A program made the translations under genes and the position numbers. Below the pieces are notes generated by a model. The model saw only the letters and a program-made list of their open reading frames with translations, was not told the DNA's origin and did no database searches. Shown piece by piece: positions 58,036 through 64,000 of a stretch of 64,000 nt of DNA (position 1 is the stretch's first letter; every line of letters starts with the position of its first letter). This DNA comes from Bacteroidia bacterium. GTDB lineage: Bacteria > Bacteroidota > Bacteroidia > UBA8524. The stretch is taken from assembly GCA_965222995.1 (NCBI GenBank), contig OZ244977.1, positions 384,152 to 448,151 of the forward strand, read 5' to 3'.

Positions 58036-58203
58036 AGTTTTAATTATTTAATGTTAGATAATTTGTTTTTGTTGAGACAAATGTATTGCATCCATCAAAG
58101 CACAAAACAATAAAAAACTAAAATTCGTAAGTTTCAAAACAATATATTTGAAATATAAATAATTGATTAAAAGATATATAATTAAATTTTTTGTAGTTTT
58201 TAA

Positions 58204-59658
58204 ATGGTTAAACAAGAACAACTTTTTGTATTGATACAATCGCTTAGTAGAAATGAGAAACGCTACTTTAAAGTGTTTTGTGGTAAAGAAAAAGGGGCTG
58301 CCAATTACTTAAAGTTGTTTGATACTATTGATAAGCAAGAAAGCTATAATGAAGCTGCTATAAAAAAAAAGTTTAAGGGGGAAACCTTTACTAAACAGCT
58401 TCATGTAACTAAAAATTACCTGCACAAACTAATTCTAAAATCGCTTAGAGATTTCCATACAGGTATTTCTAAAAATGCTGAATTGAAAGACTTACTACGC
58501 AATGTGGAGATACTATTTAACAAAGAATTGTATCAGCTAAGTATAAATGAGTTAAGGCGTGCAGAACAAATAGCTATTGATTTTGAATTGAACTATGGAT
58601 TAGCAGAAGTATACGAATGGAAACGCAGATTAGAGCAACAAGCTCGCCCCCATAACTATGCTGATTTTGAACAATTATTGACTTTGCAAAACGAAGCATT
58701 AAACCAGTTAATCAAAACCAATCATTATTGGCAACTTACTACTAATCTTACTTCAAAACTTACCTCAAGGCAACCGCTAGAAAGTGAGTATATGTATTTG
58801 TTGGGTAACCCTGAAAATGCAAAAACATTAGAAGAAACGGTACTCCATTACAATTCTTTATACTTTAAAAGTATTACCCAAAATAATATTGAGGGAGCGA
58901 AAGCAACATTATTAAAGTTGGTAGAGCTATTAGAACAAGACCCTAAGCGATTACGCCATAGTATGAGTTTGTATGCCTCATCAGTCAATAATCTTATTAG
59001 TTATTTGGTGTACACCAAAGCACATGAACAAGCTTTGGGGTATATAAGCAGAGCTAAGAATATATATGCACAATGGAAATTGGTTAGCGAGAACAAAACC
59101 ATTTTAAAACAAGTATTGCGTACTTACAATATAGAACTGGAAATATATAGAGACAATAAAAACTATAAGACAAACAAAGAATACATTGAAAGTATAGACC
59201 AATTTATTGCGGCTAACGAGAATAAGATGCCCAGCGAGTATAAACTCTCTACCTCATTTCAACTGGCATCAATACATTTTGTGCTGAAAAACTACAGCCG
59301 TTCTATGCACTGGATAAATGTAATACTAAACAATAAGTTTAAAGGACAGCGGCAAGATATTTTAGTACAAGCCCGATTACTTAACCTTATGGTACATTTA
59401 GAGCAACAAAATATGTTTGTATTACGCCACTTTGTTGAGAGTACTAAACGTTTTATAAATAAACTGGGAGAGATAGCCGAGTATCAAAAAATATTGTTGC
59501 GATTTTTCTCTAAAATTGGGCAAGCTTACCCTTATGAGTATAAAGAGTTGTACCAAGAATTATATAAGCAGTTGTTTCCTGAAAAAGGTGAATCACCCTT
59601 ATCACAATCGGCAATGGATTTTATTGATTACAAAACTTGGATAGGAGAGAAGCTTTGA
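58204..59658 (+). CDS. Conserved hypothetical all-helical/TPR-like protein
   Basis: LF.LI.SLS..EKRYFK N-terminus, K.YL...IL.SL..F, helical repeats, no signal peptide. Confidence 0.7.
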   Translation: MVKQEQLFVLIQSLSRNEKRYFKVFCGKEKGAANYLKLFDTIDKQESYNEAAIKKKFKGETFTKQLHVTKNYLHKLILKSLRDFHTGISKNAELKDLLRNVEILFNKELYQLSINELRRAEQIAIDFELNYGLAEVYEWKRRLEQQARPHNYADFEQLLTLQNEALNQLIKTNHYWQLTTNLTSKLTSRQPLESEYMYLLGNPENAKTLEETVLHYNSLYFKSITQNNIEGAKATLLKLVELLEQDPKRLRHSMSLYASSVNNLISYLVYTKAHEQALGYISRAKNIYAQWKLVSENKTILKQVLRTYNIELEIYRDNKNYKTNKEYIESIDQFIAANENKMPSEYKLSTSFQLASIHFVLKNYSRSMHWINVILNNKFKGQRQDILVQARLLNLMVHLEQQNMFVLRHFVESTKRFINKLGEIAEYQKILLRFFSKIGQAYPYEYKELYQELYKQLFPEKGESPLSQSAMDFIDYKTWIGEKL

Positions 59659-59663
59659 CCTTA

Positions 59664-59916
59664 AGATGTCAGATGTATGATGTCGGATGTCTGTAGTGTT
59701 TCTGTAGTCATTCTGAACTCGATACAGATCTGTCGGTGTGGGCTGTCATGCCGAGCGAAGCGAGGCATCTTTGTAACGGTGAATGAAGGGGTTGATATTG
59801 CGATTAAAGATTTTATCTCCCGATAAATATCGGGATTCGGAATGACAAGTAGGGATGTCATACTGAGCGGAGTCGAAGGAGCGTGGTGGTAGTCATGTTG
59901 AAATTTATTCAGTATT
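59664..59916. repeat. Second cluster of GTCA-initiated REP-like elements plus heptamer repeats
   Basis: (A/T/G)GATGT(C/A) x4 at 59664-59691, GTCAT units at 59707, 59745, 59857 and 59892, palindrome TCCCGATA-AA-TATCGGGA at 59818-59835. Confidence 0.8.
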
Positions 59917-60636
59917 TGTGTGAGGGTTGGAAAGCTGTTTTTGCACTTTCTCAACAAACTCAATCACCTCTTTTGCATCTTTCAGCAGAAACTCTCCAAT
60001 ACGCGTGCGGCAAAGGTTAGAAAGGTAAGCTCCACTATTAAGGGCTTTACCTATATCAAAGGCTAAACTGCGTATATACGTACCTTTACTGCACACTACT
60101 CTAAAATGTACATTGGGCATCTCAATACCTGTAATTTCAAATTCCTTTATTTCTACTTGGCGGGTTTTCAATTCTAAATTCTTACCCTCTCTGGCTGCTT
60201 TATAAGAGCGTTTCCCGCCTACTTTAATGGCAGAATAGGCAGGAGGCATTTGTTCTATTACTCCTGTATAGTTTTGGGCAGCCTCTTGTATCATTTCTAT
60301 GCTAATATGGTCGGTGGGAAACTCTTGGTCTATTTCCGTTTCCATATCGTAAGAGGGGCGGGTAGCACCTAAAGTTATTGTGCCTGTATATTCCTTTTCT
60401 TGTGCCTGAAACTCGTCAATACGTTTAGTAAACTTTCCTGTACAAATAATTACTAATCCGGTTGCTAAAGGGTCTAGCGTACCCGCATGTCCTACTTTTT
60501 TAGCTTTGGTGGCATAGCGTAGTTTGTTCACCACATCAAAAGATGTCCACTCTTTAGGCTTGTTAATCAGTAATACTTTACCCTCGTTAAATTCTTGGGT
60601 AACCGGATGTATAGAAAGGTCTTTTTTCTGATTCAA
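59905..60636 (-). CDS. truB: tRNA pseudouridine(55) synthase
   Basis: KP..WTSFDVV, KVGHAGTLDPLATG, PP.YSA.K..GKR.Y, CSKGTYIRSLA. Confidence 0.97.
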   Translation of the reverse strand: MNQKKDLSIHPVTQEFNEGKVLLINKPKEWTSFDVVNKLRYATKAKKVGHAGTLDPLATGLVIICTGKFTKRIDEFQAQEKEYTGTITLGATRPSYDMETEIDQEFPTDHISIEMIQEAAQNYTGVIEQMPPAYSAIKVGGKRSYKAAREGKNLELKTRQVEIKEFEITGIEMPNVHFRVVCSKGTYIRSLAFDIGKALNSGAYLSNLCRTRIGEFLLKDAKEVIEFVEKVQKQLSNPHTNTE

Positions 60637-60645
60637 GAAAGAAAA

Positions 60646-61446
60646 TTAAACAATACTCAACTCAATCCCTAAAAAGTAAAGAATAAGGATGGCTGCACCC
60701 ACAATTATACGGTAGTAGCCAAATACTTTAAATCCGTTTTTAGTAAGAAAGGTAATGAATGATTTTATGGCAATTGCGGCAACTATAAAGGCTATTACAT
60801 TACCAAAAGCAAATAGCGATATATTATGGCTGCTAAACTCAATGGTGCCTTCTTTATAGTGGTCGTAAAGGGTTTTGCAAGTGGCGCCAAACATGGTAGG
60901 CACAGCTAAGAAAAAAGAAAATTCTGCCGCTTGCTTTTTATTTAGCCCTTGTTGTAAACCTCCAATAATAGTTGCAGCCGAGCGAGACGTACCCGGTATC
61001 ATAGCTATTATTTGGAAGAAACCAATAATTATTGAGTTCTTATAGGTGATAGTTTTATCAGGGGCCTCTTCGCTATTTTTAAATATTTTGTCTACAAACA
61101 AAAAGAAAATACCACCTAGTAACAGCATTACTGCAACCACAATAACATTTTCTAAAAGACTGTCAATAAAATCAGAAAGTAAAAGCCCAAAAACCACGGC
61201 AGGTATAAAGGCTACAAAAAGTTTGTAATAAAAATCTAGTGATTGGAAAAAGCGCTTAAAGTACAGAAATACTACCGAAAGTATGGCCCCAAACTGGATA
61301 CCTACGGTAAATAGCTTTACAAAATCATCGTCGGCAATGCCCATTATTGACGATGCAATAATCATGTGCCCTGTAGAAGATACTGGCAAAAACTCGGTGA
61401 TACCCTCTACAACAGCAAGGATAAACGCCTGTAAATAATCCATCAA
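60646..61446 (-). CDS. uppP: Undecaprenyl-diphosphate phosphatase
   Basis: [42 protein letters not shown]. Confidence 0.96.
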   Translation of the reverse strand: MMDYLQAFILAVVEGITEFLPVSSTGHMIIASSIMGIADDDFVKLFTVGIQFGAILSVVFLYFKRFFQSLDFYYKLFVAFIPAVVFGLLLSDFIDSLLENVIVVAVMLLLGGIFFLFVDKIFKNSEEAPDKTITYKNSIIIGFFQIIAMIPGTSRSAATIIGGLQQGLNKKQAAEFSFFLAVPTMFGATCKTLYDHYKEGTIEFSSHNISLFAFGNVIAFIVAAIAIKSFITFLTKNGFKVFGYYRIIVGAAILILYFLGIELSIV

Positions 61447-61725
61447 TTAGTTTTTGGTATCTTCTTTAGGCTTTTTAAAAATAGCAAAAACTTCAATTAC
61501 AAATCCTGCTAACACTACAATAGGGGCAAGGGTTATACGACGGAATGAAAATATATCACCATCGTCAGGACCATACATTAGTGCAAAGCCTATAATTAAA
61601 ACTACCACACCAATTATCATTAGCATATAGTTTTCTCTGCCAAAAGCAAACTCTTGAGGGAAGTTTGAAGAATCTTCTTTCCCTTTTTTTACCGGGGCAG
61701 TTTTTCTTGTAGGTTTATTAGCCAT
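61447..61725 (-). CDS. DUF3098 membrane protein
   Basis: F...NY..M..G......GF.LM, IFSFRRITLAP. Usual ftsX-DUF3098-uppP-truB order. Confidence 0.9.
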   Translation of the reverse strand: MANKPTRKTAPVKKGKEDSSNFPQEFAFGRENYMLMIIGVVVLIIGFALMYGPDDGDIFSFRRITLAPIVVLAGFVIEVFAIFKKPKEDTKN

Positions 61726-61745
61726 TATTTATACTGTTCTAAATT

Positions 61746-62603
61746 TTAATACAATCTATCAACTTGCATACGCAAGTATTTGCGGGTAACAAATGTACTG
61801 CTTATTAGTGTGAGCAAAAAAGAAAAAACTACCAATGCACCTCCAATCATAGCATATTCAAGCCATGTAAGGTAGGTAGCCAATTCTTCTTGGTATATGT
61901 AGAACCCATATATCACAACACCTAATAATAATAGTGATACCAGCGTACCGTAAAAACCATGCACGATAGATTTTGATATAAACGGGCGCATTATAAAACC
62001 ATCGGTAGCACCTACCAACTGCATAGTTTTTATAGAAAAACGTTGGGCAAACAAGCCTAGCTTAATAGTACCATTAATTAAGGTTATAGATACTAAAAGA
62101 AAAATAATGCAGAGGGCTAAAAGTATGCCCCCAATTTTATTTACGTTCTCGTTTATCTTATCTAAAAGGTTGGCTTTATATACTATATCTCTAACACTGG
62201 TAAATTCTAGCAACGAAGATTTTACTTCCAGCAAATTAGCTTCCGAGGCATAGTCAGACTTAAAGTAAATACGCAGCTCGCCACCCAAAGGGTAGTAGCC
62301 AATGGTGCCAACAAAATCTTTCCCAATTTCATCAGAAAAGTTTTTGTTTACGGCTTCTTTATCAAGATATTCTATGCTTTTAATTTTTTCGTTTCCTTCT
62401 ACCAGTTGTTTCACCTTTTGCACTTCACTATCATCAGCATCAGGTTTAAACATTACAGTCATTTCTACATTTTCTAGCAATGCAATAGACTGTTTTCGGG
62501 CGGTAAACAATACAACCAATAGCAAACCCAACATAAAAAGCACCATAGAAATACTTATAACCGTAGGAATTGCAGATGTTGCGCTTTGTTTCTTTTTACC
62601 CAT
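61746..62603 (-). CDS. ftsX: Cell division permease FtsX
   Basis: One TM, periplasmic loop, three TM, with RF.IKTMQLVGAT..FI.RPF. Confidence 0.92.
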   Translation of the reverse strand: MGKKKQSATSAIPTVISISMVLFMLGLLLVVLFTARKQSIALLENVEMTVMFKPDADDSEVQKVKQLVEGNEKIKSIEYLDKEAVNKNFSDEIGKDFVGTIGYYPLGGELRIYFKSDYASEANLLEVKSSLLEFTSVRDIVYKANLLDKINENVNKIGGILLALCIIFLLVSITLINGTIKLGLFAQRFSIKTMQLVGATDGFIMRPFISKSIVHGFYGTLVSLLLLGVVIYGFYIYQEELATYLTWLEYAMIGGALVVFSFLLTLISSTFVTRKYLRMQVDRLY

Positions 62604-62782
62604 TTAAACTAGTAAGTGTATTTGCGAAAATAACATATAATACCTGCTAAGCAAAAAACAGTAACCCACACTAGGTTACATAGTCTTAAGGCGTTTTTTA
62701 TGTATTTTCGCACCCTTATTATAAACCCTAATGGCAGATAGGGTTCAAAAGTTTAAACTAGTTCAGAAAGAACACCAAGTTA

Positions 62783-64000
62783 ATGAGCAGCTACAATCCG
62801 CAAGAAATAGAAAAGAAATGGCAGCAGCATTGGAAAGATAACAATGCTTATAGAGTGGAAAACAAAAGCGATAAGCCTAAATATTATGTGCTGGATATGT
62901 TTCCATATCCTTCAGGTGCCGGCTTACACGTAGGGCATCCGCTGGGTTATATTGCCAGTGATATTGTAACACGCTATAAACGCCATAAAGGATTTAATGT
63001 GCTACACCCCATGGGGTTTGATGCCTTTGGTTTACCTGCCGAGCAATATGCCATACAAACCGGACAACACCCTGCCATTACTACAGTACAAAATATTAAA
63101 CGCTATAAAGAGCAACTTAATAACTTAGGGTTTAGTTATGATTGGGACAGGGAAGTACAAACTTGCGACCCCGATTACTACAAATGGACACAATGGATTT
63201 TTTGCCGATTGTTTGAAAGTTGGTACGATAAAACAGCAAATAAAGCAAAACCATTAAGCGAACTTATAGCTGTTTTTGAGAAAGAAGGGAACGCCAATGT
63301 AAATGCTCATTCTGATGAAACAGAAACCTTTAATGCTGATGAGTGGAAAGCTAAAAGTGAAGAAGATCAGCAAAAAACACTATTAAGCTACCGCCTTGCA
63401 TACCTTGCTAATAGTATGGTGAATTGGTGTCCTGAATTGGGAACTGTATTAGCCAACGAAGAAGTAAAAGACGGTTTGAGTGAACGTGGCGGTTACCCTG
63501 TATTTAAGGTAAATATGCGCCAGTGGTTTTTGCGTATCACTGCTTATGCCGACCGATTATTAAACGATTTAGATACGATTGACTGGACAGATGCGCTAAA
63601 AGAACAACAACGTAACTGGATAGGTAGAAGTGAGGGGGCAAGTATTAACTTTAAGTTAGACGGACACGACGATATAATAGAAGTATTCTCTACCCGACCT
63701 GATACCATTTTTGGGGCTACTTTTATGGTGTTAGCCCCAGAACATGAGTTGGTGGAAAAAATTACTACTACAGAGCAAAAGGAAGAAATTGAGAAGTATA
63801 TAGAGTATGCCGGCAAACGTAGCGAGCGCGACCGTATGAGTGAGGTAAAAACTATTACGGGTTGCTTTACGGGAGCGTATGCTGTAAATGAATTTACAGG
63901 CGAAAAAATTCCAGTTTGGATTGCTGACTATGTATTGGCAGGCTATGGAACTGGAGCTGTAATGGCTGTACCTGCCCACGATACCCGTGATTATGCTTTT
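62783..64000 (+). CDS. leuS: Leucine--tRNA ligase, 3'-truncated by the window and absent from the ORF track
   Basis: Hand translation from ATG62783: [14 protein letters not shown]...[22 protein letters not shown]...[17 protein letters not shown]...STRPDT...[13 protein letters not shown]. Confidence 0.97.
   Translation, partial: MSSYNPQEIEKKWQQHWKDNNAYRVENKSDKPKYYVLDMFPYPSGAGLHVGHPLGYIASDIVTRYKRHKGFNVLHPMGFDAFGLPAEQYAIQTGQHPAITTVQNIKRYKEQLNNLGFSYDWDREVQTCDPDYYKWTQWIFCRLFESWYDKTANKAKPLSELIAVFEKEGNANVNAHSDETETFNADEWKAKSEEDQQKTLLSYRLAYLANSMVNWCPELGTVLANEEVKDGLSERGGYPVFKVNMRQWFLRITAYADRLLNDLDTIDWTDALKEQQRNWIGRSEGASINFKLDGHDDIIEVFSTRPDTIFGATFMVLAPEHELVEKITTTEQKEEIEKYIEYAGKRSERDRMSEVKTITGCFTGAYAVNEFTGEKIPVWIADYVLAGYGTGAVMAVPAHDTRDYAF

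Noticed and set aside
59661-59963. 100-aa minus-strand ORF
   Set aside because: It is a translation of the palindromic repeat cluster and overlaps truB out of frame.
263-63979. Many 60-160 aa ORFs antisense to or nested in long genes (e.g. 12731-13204, 15313-15675, 18933-19295, 63544-63816)
   Set aside because: They are shadows of well-supported genes on the other strand or frame and carry no recognisable motifs.

Overview
This is an AT-rich bacterial chromosome segment, almost certainly Bacteroidota: it has several T9SS C-terminal sorting domains, many TAnnTTTG (-7) promoters, and Omp28/DUF6029-type genes. Most of it is housekeeping and envelope genes (tatA, gatA, xerD, murF, recR, glyA, lhr/pdeM, umuDC, gmhA, dsbD, truB, uppP, ftsX, 5' part of leuS) mixed with secreted PKD, FG-GAP and LysM proteins. 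I saw no rRNA, tRNA, CRISPR array, transposase or prophage. The strongest lead is a 3-gene biosynthetic-looking operon (22634-26132): a His-box desaturase/hydroxylase, a DarB/StlD-type ketosynthase III fused to a heme-oxygenase-like diiron domain, and an uncharacterised protein, behind a perfect 14-bp inverted repeat and an ECF-type promoter. Other leads: (1) an ECF sigma with a probable double-membrane-spanning anti-sigma and PKD partners, plus four AAC-N17-CGT promoters that may be its regulon; (2) a flavoprotein gene with no ATG/GTG/TTG upstream of its FAD motif, probably a leaderless ATC start; (3) an MltD homologue missing its catalytic Glu; (4) a PAS-PAS-HisKA-REC protein with no ATPase domain; (5) two clusters of GTCA-initiated palindromic REP-like units. 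All family assignments come from motif recognition by eye, not database searches.
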